Positions 37,075 through 49,859 are shown, numbered from the stretch's first letter. The stretch: DNA of 64,000 nt from Camelus dromedarius (GCF_036321535.1 NC_087436.1:116624001-116688000), one strand, 5' to 3'. Notes: generated from the letters alone by a model not told the origin. Translations and numbers: made by a program.

Positions 37075-37286
37075 CTCTAGAATAATCAGCCTTACACGGA
37101 TTTCCCCCCATCATTAGTTTAAGCTCAGTTCTGCGGGTCACCCCTGGTCTGTAAGTCTCTGGAGCAGCTGCAGTTATCTCATAACCACAGTATTCACATG
37201 GTACTCAGAGCATCATCCACTGAGCAAAGATTCCCTAAAATACAAAGTCCTTGGAAAGAGGTTGATTCTTAAAATAGTAATCTTCC

Positions 37287-37384
37287 TACATGCACCACAA
37301 TATTCATAGCAGCACTATTTACAACAGTCAAGACATGGAAGATGCTTAAATATCCATTGACAGATGACTGAATAAAGAAGATGT

Positions 37385-37427
<43 letters not shown>

Positions 37428-37925
37428 ATACACACACACACACACACACACTCACACAATGGAATACTACTCAGCCATAAAAAAGAATAAAATAATGCCA
37501 TTTGCAGCAACATGGATAGACCTGAGAGCATCATACTAAGCAAAGTAAGCCAGAAAGAGAAAGAAAAATACCATATGATACCACCTATGTGCGGAATCTT
37601 AAGAAGGGGGAGGAGGGGCCACAAATGAACTTATTTACCAAACAGAGACAGACTCACAGACATAGAAAACAAACTTATGGGTACCAGAGGGGAAATGGGG
37701 TGGGTAGGGATAAATTTTGGGAGTTAGGGATTTGCAGTACAAACTGCTATATATAAAATAGACAAACAGAAAGGTTGTACTGTACAGCACAGGGAACTAT
37801 ATTCAATACCTTGTAATGGCCTATAATAAAAAGAATATGAAAAGGAATATATGTATGTATAACTGAATTACTATGCTGTACACCAGAAACTAACACAAAA
37901 TTGTAAATCTACTATACTTCAACAA
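37287..37925 (+). mobile_element. 5'-truncated lineage L1 with perfect 16-bp TSD
   Basis: L1 ORF2-end and 3' UTR sequence; TSD AAAATAGTAATCTTCC at 37271-37286 and 37926-37941 at a TT/AAAA site. Confidence 0.95.
37387..37458 (+). repeat. Compound (TA)n(TG)n(CA)n microsatellite inside L1
   Basis: Direct reading; expanded from the L1 GGTATATATACACAATGG motif. Confidence 0.95.
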
Positions 37926-37974
37926 AAAATAGTAATCTTCCCTTACAGGAAAACTCACTCACATGTTATTAATG

Positions 37975-38330
37975 GGAGTCTGCCTGGAATATTCTCTTGG
38001 CTACCTGTATGGTGGCCATTTCCATTTCATTCGGGGCTCTGCTCAAATACCACTGCTTCAAGGAGCCCCCTGACAGCCCCAGACCCTGGCCTACTTAGCC
38101 ACGCTCCATCTCCTGATCCCCCTTGCTCTGCTTTATTTTCCTTCAAAGCACTGAGCGCTCCCTCCTGTCCTGTCGTATTGTAGAAGCATCTGTGCATCGT
38201 TGGTCCCTCTCACCAGAATCCATGGTCCGTGGGGCAGGGATCTTGTACAAATCGTCACTGACTACAGTCACAGCCCTTGTGACCTTACCCTGCTGGCTTA
38301 CCCTGCATGTCAAATGACTAAATGAACAGA
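37975..38330 (+). mobile_element. L2 LINE 3' fragment
   Basis: CTGCCTGGAATATTCT..TCATTCGGGGCTCTGCTCAAATACCAC..CTCTGCTTTATTTTCCTTCAAAGCACT..GGGGCAGGGATCTTGT. Confidence 0.75.
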
Positions 38331-39889
38331 GTCCAGCAATGGCACCAACAAATGAAATGTTACCTTCATCTCATTAATGCTCAGGAGGCTCAGAAAGAAA
38401 CAAGAAAGCAGGAAACATGAGCTCATTGAGACATGAGCTGTTTCTTTACCTCTGTGACATACCAAGAAGTCTAATGGAATCATGGAAGAAAACATTTATT
38501 CTATTCTATGGTGAGAATCTGAGAAAGAGTTTCAAATGCATGGAGTCACACCGGTCTGGGTTCAAATTCCATGTCTGCTTCCTAATATTTGAACTTTTTA
38601 TTTATAAAATATGTGAATATGTACACATATGTACAACATTCAAATATATATTATATATAATCAACATACATTCACATATTTAATATGTTAAATATATTTC
38701 ATATAGCCAAATACTTTATTCAAATATTAAATGGACTTGGAATTTGAACCTAAAAATATATTTTTATGCTCATATATATATTTATATATTCATATATTTT
38801 TATATATATATACATATATAAACACATGTATATGTATTCATGATTAGTTACCACGAAGGGTTATTATGAAGGAAGGTGATGTAGGCAAAGTCGCTGAGAG
38901 CTTGGTCCTCCACGTGCTTGCTGGTCGGGTTTGCTTCCACTTCCCTTAGAGAAGTGAGATGTTGCTGTTCAGACCTGCCTTCGTGGTTCTCCACGAAACT
39001 CTCAGTTCCTGACTTTTCATTTGGAAAGTAAAAATGAGAACCAAAAGTCATCTTCCGGGGGACCCCCTAGGCTCACTGTCTCCTTTGTTGGGAGGGGGAG
39101 TGGGAGGCTGATTCACCTTGGTGGGAATTCCCGAGCTGCTTTGGAAGATGGCTGCAATTTGTGGACTGTTTTCCACAGTCTTGCTGGTTTGTCCCAGCTT
39201 GACTTGAGGCGGCCCTGGGAGCAGCTGCCTCATTAAACTAAAGCCCGCTGTCTGCCTTCAAAGGCCAGGGCTGGGCACCTGGGAAGACTGCTGGTCACGC
39301 CCTGCACGGGACCAGCACTTGTCATCAGAGGGGACAAGTCTCTAACGCAAGGGCAGGTGCCCATCCCCTGTGCCCAACCCACTGCCAAGTGGTGCAATCA
39401 CTCTAAAAGTTTTGGGGGAAAAAGATATCTTTCAGCATAAAAGGCAAATTTCATGCTCTAATCAATATAACTGTCAGGTTTTTTTGTTTTGTTTTTGTTT
39501 TTGTTTTAATGCCACTGATAAAAGGCATTCAGTGGAAAGGGTGCTCTAGGAGAAGAAAGGAGAAGGGAAGAAATGCTCTCACCTAGACACTACCTCACTG
39601 TGGGGAGGGAAACAGAATGAAATAAAATGAAATGAAAGGATTGCTTCTCGATTCTGAGGAAGAGTCACCTGCTCAGCAAACCAGGCGCCCTTCTGAAATG
39701 TTAGAACTTCTAATTACGACAAATAAGCTTGGCTTCAGACTAACTTCCACCCCTAAGATTTACAACCTCCAGCTGCTTGGAGATCTTAGTTCTTCAGGGT
39801 CCTTCCCACTAAAGTAGTTAATTCTTGTTTGTCTGCAGTGTTGAGGAAATGGGGGATTTCTAGTCTATTAACTAATTCAGGTAAGTAGT

Positions 39890-40100
39890 GACAAGTACAA
39901 CCAGACACGGTTTCAAATCCTGAATGTGTTACTTCATGGCTGTGTGAACTTGGACCAAATCTTTGTCTCCCTGAGCTCAATGTTGTCTCCCTGAGCTCAA
40001 TTTGTAAGATGTGCAAAATATTGTCTAACTTTAAAGGTTGGTTGGGAAACCAAAGTAAGAATCTCTATTTTCAAAGTACCTACAATAGAGTGTCTTGCAG
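39890..40100 (+). mobile_element. MIR SINE
   Basis: CCAGACACGGTTTCAAATCCTG..GGCTGTGTGAACTTGGACCAA..CTCCCTGAGCTCAA. Confidence 0.7.
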
Positions 40101-40126
40101 TCACATATCTTATTCTGTAATCTCAT

Positions 40127-40260
40127 GGGAAGGGTATATCTCAGTGGTAGAGTATGTGCTTAGCACACACAAGGTCCTGGGTTCAATCCCCAGTACCTCC
40201 ATTTAAAAAATAAATAAACCTAATTACTTCCCCCCCAAAACAAAAACAAAAAATAAATAA
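40127..40260 (+). mobile_element. Vic-1-like tRNA-derived SINE with 13-bp TSD
   Basis: GGGTATATCTCAGTGGTAGAG..CTTAGCA..GGTCCTGGGTTCAATCCCCAGTACCTCCA..AAATAAACCTAATTACTTCCCCCC + A-rich tail; ATTCTGTAATCTC at 40112-40124 and 40261-40273. Confidence 0.92.
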
Positions 40261-40830
40261 ATTCTGTAATCTCTGGACACCACACTTTAGGATGCATATA
40301 GAAAAGTGGCTCCGGACCATAACTTAGAAATCTAAAATAGGAGTGAGATTTAAGGGGACATGAAAACTAACTTCAAGTAAGTGTAGCGCATTAGGTAGGA
40401 GACGGTTAAACTTGTGTAGGTGACATGAAGGAGAAAAAAAAAAAAAGGAAGGATTACCAATTATGGGAGACATACTATAGCTTAAAATTGGGCCAATGTG
40501 GAATACTAATTAAAAGTGAGTTGAGAAGTCAGAGCTCAGTTCTTTCGTGAGCTGTGTGACCTTGGGAAAGCTGCTTCACTTCCTAGGTCTGTTTTGTTTC
40601 TGAAAATGTAACCAGTCATAGTCCTTACGACCAATTTATGACTTAGATAGTAAATGCATAGTGATATAAATCACTCTGTGCCTGGCTCGTAAAAACATAA
40701 TAAAGTAGAATGTAATGTAAAAAAATAATAATAATGACAGCTGTCATAATTCTCTAACATGCAAAGAGAGTCATCTAAAGGAGTAGTAATAATTCCTGGT
40801 CATTGTTGTGAAGCTAATACAGAAGTAAGT

Positions 40831-40985
40831 GGGCGGAGGGTAGAGCTCAGTGGTGGAGCACATGCTTAACATGCACGAGGTCCTGGGTTCTATCCCCAGT
40901 ACCTCCATTAAAATAAATAAATGTAAGTAAAATAAGTAAACTTAATTACCCCCAAATTAATTAATCAATTAATTAATTAATTAAA
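40831..40985 (+). mobile_element. Vic-1-like tRNA-derived SINE with (TTAA)n tail
   Basis: GGAGGGTAGAGCTCAGTGGTGGAGCACATGCTTAACATGCACGAGGTCCTGGGTTCTATCCCCAGTACCTCCATTAAAATAAATAAA..CTTAATTACCCCC. Confidence 0.92.
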
Positions 40986-41149
40986 TGTAACTATTTTCCA
41001 GGGGATTAAAGCAAACCAAGATCATTGTCCTAGAAGATTTTCAAGATCCATTCAGACCTCAGGCATCTTTCATTCCAACGTTACCATTATTGAAAACATG
41101 TTTTTTGTCAGTGCTGTTTTGAACTTTGTTGTTGCGGTGCTTTACATAT

Positions 41150-42920
41150 AACTGTATTGAGATATAATTCTCATATCATAAAATTCACCCCATTAAAGTG
41201 TGCAGTTCAGTGGGGTTTAGAATACCCACCCATAGAGTTGTGCAACCATCACTAATATCTCATTTTAGAACATCTTCATGACCCCCTAGAAACGTCCACA
41301 CTCATTAGCAGTCCCTCCCCGTTTCCCCTACCCCTTCTCCCTGACAGCCACCAATCTACCTTTTGTCTCTGGATTTTCCTAGTCTGGACATTTCTCATAA
41401 AAGGATTCATTGATCTTCTGTGACTGGCTTCTTTCACTTAGCATAATATTTTCTGGTTCATCCACGTTGCAGCATGTATCGGTACGTTATTCTTTCTTAT
41501 GACTGAATAATTCTCCATGAATGAATATATATCACACTTAGTTTATTCAGCTATCAGTTGATGGACATTTGAGTGGTTTCCACTTTTTTGACTATTATGA
41601 ATAATGCTGCTTATAAACATTTGTATACAAGTTTTTGTGTGAAAATATGTTTTCCTTCCTCTTGGGTATATAACTAGAAATCAAATTTCTAGTCATAGGG
41701 TGACTCTGTTTAGTATTTTATTCATATCCTCTAAAAAAAAAAGCTTTTTTGATTTTAGTCATACTAATGGGAGTGAACTGATGATACCCAGGTGAGATTG
41801 TGATTTATGTTTTCCTAATGACTAATAATGTTAAGCACTATTTTCATCAGCTTATCAGCCATTTGTGTATCTTCTTTAAAGAAATCGTCTATATGTTTTG
41901 GAGAAATGTCTATTCACATTTTTGGCCCATTTTTTGGTTAGGTTATTTGGTTTTGTATTGTTGGATTTTAAGAATTTGTTGTCTATTCTGGATACAAACT
42001 TCTTATCAAATACTTTCTACCATTTTGTGGTTGACCCTTCACATTCTTACTGGTATCTTTTGAACAAAACGGCTTTAATTTTGATGAAGTCCAATTTATA
42101 TACACTTTTTTCTTTTGGTTACTTGTGCATTTGATGCCATCTCTGAGAAAAATTGCCTGACCCAACGTCACGAATATATACTCTAATGTTTTAGTCCAAG
42201 AGTTTTATAGTTTTAGGTGACACATTTAGGCCTACAATGCATTTGAGTTAATTTTTTTTAGACATGGTGTAGAGAATCCAATTGCATTCTTCTGCATGTG
42301 TATATCCAGTTGTCCCAGAAAAGATCTGTTGAAAAAATTATTCTTCCTTCACTGAACTGTCTTATTAAGAATCAACTGGTGATAAATGTAAGGGTTTATT
42401 TTTATACTCTTGATTCTATTCTGTTGTTTTAAATACCCATTTTTATGGCAGTGCCCTACTGTCCTGATTACTATAGATTTTCAGTAAGTTTTGAAGTCAA
42501 AATATATGAGTTCTCCCCAAAATACTGCTCTTGTTCAGTATAGTTTTGGCTAATCTGGGTTTCTTGCATTTCTATATAGATTTCATGGTCAGTTTACCAG
42601 TTTCTTTGAAACGAATCTGCTGGGACTTTGATTGGGAGTTTATTGAATCTGTAGATGAATTTTGGAAGTACTGCCATCTTGACAACATTGTCTTCTGATA
42701 CAAGAACATAGAATATGTTTCCACTTATTTAGGTCTTTAACTTCTTTCAACAATGCTGTATGATATTACAAATATTTCATATATTTTATTAAGTTTACTC
42801 TTAAATACGTTTACATTTTTGACACTCCTATAAATAAAGTCATTTTCTTAATTTCATTTTCAAATTATTTATTACTAGTATACAGAAATGCAATTGATTT
42901 TAGTATATTGGTCTTGTATT
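41150..42920 (-). mobile_element. L1MB-like LINE, about 1.8 kb of 3' end
   Basis: ATTGAGATATAATTC..CATAAAATTCACCC..AAAGTG..GAGTTGTGCAACCATCAC..TTTTAGAACAT 3' terminus, then decayed ORF2 (TTAATTTTGATGAAGTCCAATTTAT, TTGAATCTGTAGAT). Confidence 0.9.
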
Positions 42921-43019
42921 GATTTAGGCTTATGGTGGGCAAACCGGTTACCCACGTACCACAGTAAATAGAAAACTGGAATTTCAATCTGATAAATTCA
43001 CAAGTAAAAGATGCCAAGT

Positions 43020-43046
43020 TGTGTGTGTGTGTGTGTGTGTGTGTGT
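43020..43046 (+). repeat. (GT)13 microsatellite
   Basis: Direct reading. Confidence 0.95.
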
Positions 43047-44099
43047 TAATCTCCTAAAGGCATGGGTTAGAATTACATTTTAAGCCAGTATTTATCAGAA
43101 AAGTATGTTAATTTTGCTTTTCTCTTTGGAAGACATTGCCAGAGGACTTAGAAATCTGAATGATGGGTAGGAGCAGACAGGTGAGAGCAACAGCGTGACG
43201 ACGGACCCGCAGGCAGGAACACGCTCTGCTCCGCTTGGCACTGTCAGCTCCCCTACAGTTTTATGCCATTTTTACTTTCTTGTAATAAAAGAGCATTGAG
43301 CACAGAAGTACTTTTCTTCATCAACGACATGCTAGAACAGTAAGGGAAAAAACCCTAAGTCTTTTTCAATGTATTGTGTTCAGACCCATGTTTTTAGATT
43401 GTAGTGAAATCTAAAGAAATCAACAGCATACCATCTGTGCTTCTTATTTCACACAGTCTTGGTATATTCTCCCCCAAACCACTTCTGCTCCTGCTCCCTA
43501 GGGACTCTATTCCATTTTCAATTTTAACACCATTCTTGTTTTCAAAATCACTCATGCAGCACACAGAAGTAGAAATGTAGGCTACTTGAGTCAACCTGAA
43601 AAAGTAACTATCCAGTGCACCCCCATCCGTAAATGACGGCTGTGACACGCTCACACCTTGTGCACACCTCCCTTGTAGCCTTTCTCCCACGGCGTACAGC
43701 TATCGGTTCATATATCCATCCCCACGAACCCTTGGAGGAAAAAGAAAGCATGCTTTTCCGTTGCAGCCTCCCCAGAGCATCTCGCACATTGTCTGGCTCA
43801 TACTAAATGCTGAGAAAATGTTTTCAAATGAGTGTGCAAGGGAACTGTCTTTTGAGACCCTCCTTTACCCTTCCTGAGTCCCCAAACAGCTTTACAAACA
43901 CAACTGCTTCAGCATAATTTTTCTAAGCATTTCTTCTGACATTTCTGTTGGGAAATAACTTTACCAAAAGTCAACAGAGTTATTGAGCGCCCGCTGTGTG
44001 AAAGACTCTACCATATGTTATGGGGTGTACAGAGAATCGAGCTTTTGATCTAACTGGGGGCACAATTTATTTACCTGATAAAAGTAGGTGCAAACATGA

Positions 44100-44335
44100 G
44101 CCCAGTATGTACTGTGTACGAGGCATGGTACTTTGATGAATGTAACTCATTTAGTCCTTGCAGCAAACTCATGAGATGGGCGCTGACATTGTCCTCTTCA
44201 ACAGGGGAGGGGGTGACCCACAGGTGGGCTAAGTAGCTTGTACAAGGTCATTCAACTCATCAACAGCTGGGCCAGGATTTGATCCCAGACAATCTGACTT
44301 CAGGACATATTCACATAATTCAATGCACTACTCTG
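44100..44335 (-). mobile_element. MIR SINE
   Basis: AACTCATTTAGTCCTTGCAGCAAACTCATGAGATGGG..GGCTAAGTAGCTTGTACAAGGTCA..GGGCCAGGATTTGATCCCAGACAATCTGACTTCAG. Confidence 0.85.
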
Positions 44336-44619
44336 CACATACAAGACCACACGTGATCACTGGCAGGGAAAGTTTTGTTTTGCTTTTTTTTTTTTTTTAT
44401 TTCTCAAGCAATTTAGAGAAGCAGGTGACCCCTTTAGGCTGGGATATTCACTGAAGGACTCAAGGAGATGGAAGATTTGGGCTGGCTGCAGAAAATTAAG
44501 CCAAATTTAAAGACAGAAGCAGGGAAGTCTAAACAACAGGAAAGCATGGGCAACACTTTAGAGGTGCGGCCGGGGGGGTGGTCCTGTCATTCTGAGGTAA
44601 TAATGATTAACAGGGCTCA

Positions 44620-45370
44620 ATGCACTAGTCTAGGCAATAAAGATTGAATAAGACAAACATCATGCTCTCATGGACCTTATAGAATAAACTCAAAAATAAG
44701 CAAAGAATGATTGTCCAGTGGTTAAATGGACTATGAAAAAAATTGTAAAAGAGGATAGAAAGGGGCAAAGGAGGTGTTGCTGTAGTATGCAGTGCTTGAA
44801 GGAAACAGCCTCTCTGAGAACTGGGGACATTTCACCAGAAACCCAAAGGAAGAAGAGGAGGGGGTCACATGGAAACATTGGGATGAGGCATTTCCAGGAA
44901 GAAGGAACAGAAAATCTAAAGACAAATACGGTAATAATATCACTTTTATGTGGAATCTTAAAAATACAACTAGTGAATATAACAAAAAAGAGGAAAATTC
45001 ACAGATAAGAAGAACAAACTACTGGTCACCAGTGGGGAGAGGGGGTTGGGACAATAGAAGTGGGGAGAGTGAGAGGCACAAACTATTGGGTGTAAGATAA
45101 ACTCAAGGATGTATTGTCCAACATGAAGCATAGAGTCAATATCTGTGATAACTGTAAATGGAAAGTAAACTTTAAAATTGCATAATTAAAAAAAAATTTA
45201 AGAGACCCTGAGGTAGAGGATTGTTGAGTCTGAGGAAAGTTAGGAGGCCTGCACAGCTGGAGTAGAGCAAGTGAAGAGGAGAAATCTGGGAGGTAAGACC
45301 CAAAGGGTAGATGAGGCCAGGTTCTACAGTCTCATAGGCCATCACAAAGGTTCTGAATTTGAAATGCAAA
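44620..45370 (-). mobile_element. L2 LINE fragment split by an L1
   Basis: TGAATAAGACA..TGCTCTCATGGA..GCCTCTCTGAGAA..GACATTT..CATTTCCAGGAAGAAGGAACAG | AGACCCTGAGGTAG..GCTGGAGTAGAG. Confidence 0.75.
44918..45196 (+). mobile_element. Intermediate-age L1 3' end
   Basis: AAAGACAAATAC..ATATCACTTTTATGTGGAATCTTAAAAATACAAC..AGAACAAACTACTGGTCACCAGTGGGGAGAGGG..CAAACTATTGGGTGTAAGATAA; A tail. Confidence 0.85.
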
Positions 45371-48300
45371 ATTCAGAAGACCCATGCCTTGCCTCTGTGA
45401 GCCTTCTGGCTGAAGGCTCCTGGAATCAAAGAGTAAATGGACAGGTAACCAGGCATGTTGGAGCAGCCATCTTCCTAGAGCAGCAGTGAGTACTGAAGCT
45501 GAAGGAAGTGGATCACAGGTGGTCCTGGTTGCAGTGTTGGCAAACTTGGGCTGTGAGGCTTTGACCTTCTGTCAATCAAAGGGTTGAAAGAGGACACTAC
45601 ACCAAATGCATGATACGCTGCTCATGTTTCCAGTCTCAGATGTCTTCCTGTTCTATGAATAATATGAGCACTGATGATTTTTAGATCTTTTTTAAAGTAT
45701 ATTTGACAAGGTGAGACACAGGAAACCAAAGAAACTCCAAACTAGCAAGAGCATACCCACCACTGATCCTGGGGCAGGTAAGAGGCAGTTCAGGCCATTG
45801 TATCATAATGGCGGCAGACATCTTTGAGCATCTCCTGTAAGGCAGGCACTCTGATACATGCCTTCCTCAGATTATCTTCTGACTCCTTCCAAGAACTCAA
45901 GCAATCAGGTGGATATGGAACCTGAGATGAGGAGAAGTGAGATAACTTTCCCATGAGAAAGGTAAAGCCTGGGAGTGTTTTCATTAATATTTTATACTCC
46001 TTTTTTATATCGCCATACACTAGCATAAATATTTACAGTCATGTTACTCAACCCAGAGTTTATGAACAATTCCTAGAAAGTCCTAAGGAATTGTTTACAA
46101 TGGATAAACTAATAATTTCTCTGCAAAAACTAGTAATAATATGTTGAACACTGTGTTCAGGTTAGGAGAGAAAGTACAGGAACGTTGGGTCAACTGAGAC
46201 ACAGGAGGAAGCTTGGGAGAATGTGAGAACTGCATTTCTCAGTCCAATTTTGATGACATTGGGCCCCCCAAAAAATGGTCACAAAATCAAATTCAAAGTT
46301 TTTAAGATAAGACAAATAGTTTAAATATTTAGTTTCCTTTACAGGATTCTTATGAGCATCCAAATAATCACTCTGAAGGAAATTCTGTGACAATGCCAGC
46401 CTCATCCGTCATTTCCCAGGGGCTAAGAATAGCTTGCCCACAACTGGAGAGTCTTAAGCTACACTAACCTCAGGGTCACCTCTCTCATCCTGGGGTCTAT
46501 CTTGTTGCCCAAGTCTGAACTTCATCTGATGACCAGTGTGGCCACTGTGAGAGGAGAAACAGATTCTCCACATTAGCTGTCCCTCAAAACCCCACATTTA
46601 CCTCCCAAAGAAATCAGGACTTCCTTCTGGCTCAGGATGTTGTGTTCAGTGTTTCGGGCTGGAAATTTTTCCTATTAAATGTGACTACCCCAGAGTTCTC
46701 TATAGAAGTCAGATATGAGAGTAATGAGTCCTTCACACTAATCATACAATATATAAGCAGAGGCAGGGTGTCAGAGAACTTCCTCCTGGCAGCATCTTTT
46801 ATCCGTCAGTTTGATTTCACTTAGCAGAAAAGGCATCAGGGCAAAGGGGCAGCCACCCCTATCTTCCCAACTATGACTAAAGGTGACTCCCACTGATGCC
46901 ACTCTTCTTATTTGTACAGTGAATGGATTCCTATCACATAAACACTTACTTGTCTTATCAGATATAATTGGCAAAAACATTTTTAATAAGAGTTCAAAGG
47001 AAACCAAATCAGTTGTAGGTGACTTTGCAAAATTGAGTGCTGATGAAATTCAACAACAACAAAAAACTGGTTTACTTTCTACATTTTCAGGCACAGAATA
47101 GAGAAAGGAACCAATCATTTCAAAATAAGTAAGACGGACTGTCCTTAGACTTGTCCTAAGAATTAAATAGAAAGGTCATGAAGAATGAAAAAATGATGAG
47201 CTAAGAGAACAGCATTGGCCTTCATCATTGCATCATTCTTCCTCTTGGTTCCACCTGTTATCCACCTGTGTATCCATCAGTCTGTCTATCTCACTTTCTG
47301 TTGTCTTATCTGTATCCATCGTCCATATATATTTATAAACTCTGCATGTAGGTGTCTATCCAGCTATCTCTCTCCACTCTCATTTTTATTTTTTTTTCTT
47401 TATTTTACAGGCATACACTGAATACTTGGGGCATCAATCAGTCCTTCTATTAGAAAGGATATTGTAATCAATAAAATCAATCAATCAATAAAACTGCTGT
47501 CAACTTACATCAACGATGGAGAGAGTGTGACAATTGCTTATAGTGACAAGCTAGTGGGATAAAGGCTACAACGAGGTTAGCACAGGTTCTGTGGGGACTC
47601 GGAGGGGTGAGGCCTGAAGGAGACTCAGTGAATGGACAGAAATTAAACAGTCAGGAAAGGGAAGAGGAACAGAATGCAGAGAGAACAGAAAGCTCCAAAA
47701 TAAGGAGTTATAAAAGAAAAGTTGGAATATGGTCAGTCTGGAAAGGTGCATGTTGGACCAAATTAAATTTTTGGTTCCACTTTGAAGTTGTTTTCCAACA
47801 AGAGTCATGAGTGTAACTGGAACTCTGCCCAGAGCACCTGCAATCCAAACGTAAATACTGCACTGTGGCTTAATTCATTTTCCCAGAAATAGGTGAATGC
47901 TGATGTCATGTGAAACATTCAGACTGTCAACACAGACTCGAGTGTATTGTCAGTTTAGATTATAAACATGAATGCTGGGATGTCATCTGACAATATCTGA
48001 AAAACAAGTTACTTTTAAGAGAGGAACTGGTTGGGGGAAAAAAGGAAAGATAAAAGAAAACAATGGGAGAAAGCCAGCCCAGCCCCAGATTTATGCATTC
48101 TCTATCACTACTTGAGTTTGCTTTTCCATTTAATATGTTGCTTTCTCAGGTGAAAACAACAGAGAATTTCAGTTATTATCCAAGTAGGATTAAGAATTTG
48201 GTTTCTATACTGACGTGCAGATATAAACACGCTTTTCTCTTTGGATTCGGTCTTTTAAACACAGCCTATTAAAAGTTGCTTTAATTGGCATTTTGTTAGA

Positions 48301-48873
48301 AAGTTAATGCAAACTTCCCAAAAATAGCTTGTGAGAGAAGCAGATAAGAACACAAAAGAAAAATACATTCTAATTGCACACATTCTTTTTCTTTCATTCA
48401 AGCTTCTTTTCAAAGGCAGTTTTAAAAATAGAGGCTCAATAACTTAGCCTCGGGCAGTCCTGTCTCTCTGGTGGTCTCCATTATTCCTTGAGGGATCTCC
48501 TTGGCTCCTGCTTCAATTCTTCTGCTCATATATTATGTAAGGCTTTTTTACTCAGCCAACCCGTACTGTTGATGATACATTGTGTATTTCTCCTTGCTGC
48601 ACACAACTTCGGTTTGTTTGACCCTTTTCTGTTTATCCCTTTTACGAGAAACTACATTTTCATGTGTGTTCTTTGAAAACTGTTCACAAATCCTATATTG
48701 GAGAGGTTTCACTGCAGTCAACTTTGATTCTTTTCACAAACACAAAAGACTCACATTGCCCATCTTTGCTGGATAACAAAGGTGAAATATACACATAGTC
48801 CTCACCTCCAAAATGTTCATTGTCTGGTGGGCAAGACAGATGAACAGAAAATTACAATAAAAATCAGTATATG

Positions 48874-49378
48874 TGTGAACAAAAAATACAGTGAGCCTCA
48901 TCAGTAAACAAAGAATGCTGTGGCCATCAAATCATCAGCCATTACCCGCTACCCCCAACAGTGAAAGGTGGGAACACAGGATGCAGACTAGCAGGCAGCC
49001 CTGTGTCTGCAGCCACCCCCAACGTTGCCCCCTGAGGGAACTCAGGATGGGAAAGAACAAGATACTGGCCCTACATAACTAGGTGCATATCAAAGGAATG
49101 ATTTCAATGAGCCCAGACCTTTGCACCTTCCCATACATAGAAAAGTGCTAAATTCCTTAACTTGAGCTACCTGATCTTTTTTTAACAATAATCTTTTGAT
49201 ATTCTGACTACCTGGTCTTTGTTACAAAAACTCATATACTGGCTTCTGCCTTGCCACTTTGGCGCAGTCCCTCAGAGCCATCTGAGAGGCTGTCATCTAG
49301 CGCTAAAGTCCTCAGAAATGTCCACCGAATAAAACATGAATCTCAGCTTTTAGGTTGTGTGTTTTATTTCAGTCAACA
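48874..49378 (+). mobile_element. ERV1 solo LTR, MER41-like (cetartiodactyl type)
   Basis: TGTGAAC..GTCAACA inverted termini; CCCTCAGAGCCATCTGAGAGGCTGTC..AGTCCTCAG..GAATAAAAC..TTTTAGGTTGTG..CAGTCAACA 3' end resembling MER41; AATAAA near 49328; follows an L2 remnant. Confidence 0.8.
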
Positions 49379-49859
49379 CGTGAAAACTTGACGATCTCTA
49401 CAGAGACAAAGAGAGAGGTAAAGAAAGACAGCCCTGGAGAAGGGGAAAGGACCGTCTATCCTTCCTGCCCAAACATGGAAGGTCTCAGATGTCATGAAAT
49501 GGACTACTGGGCTGGTCCAAGGTCCCTCTAATAGGCCCTTTATTTGCATACTCTTCCTCTACGTACTATCTTTGTATAATACCATATAATTGCCTTTCTC
49601 CTGAAGCCACAAAGAAGCCACTGAATATTTAAATTAAAACCTACCTGATTTGGCGTCTCTCTCTCTCTAGCTGGGTTTCTCCTTCTGTTCTGCCTCACAC
49701 TCTATTTATATGTTTGTGCCCTGCTCCTTCTCAAACCCACACACCTGCTCTTCTCTCCCTGGAGCAAGTGGCCTGGTAAGACCACCAAGGTGTGACACGG
49801 GGCACAAGAGGCCGTCACACACCGTGATCACTGTCATGACTGTCATGGTGACCGTCACA

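Noticed and set aside
40127..40200. tRNA gene (also 9005-9079, 19175-19251, 40831-40905)
   Set aside because: A/B boxes are present but followed by the SINE body, A-rich tail and, in some copies, TSDs; these are tRNA-derived SINEs
49024..49040. CTCF motif in the LTR (TGCCCCCTGAGGG)
   Set aside because: Two mismatches in the core; no convincing CTCF site seen anywhere in the window
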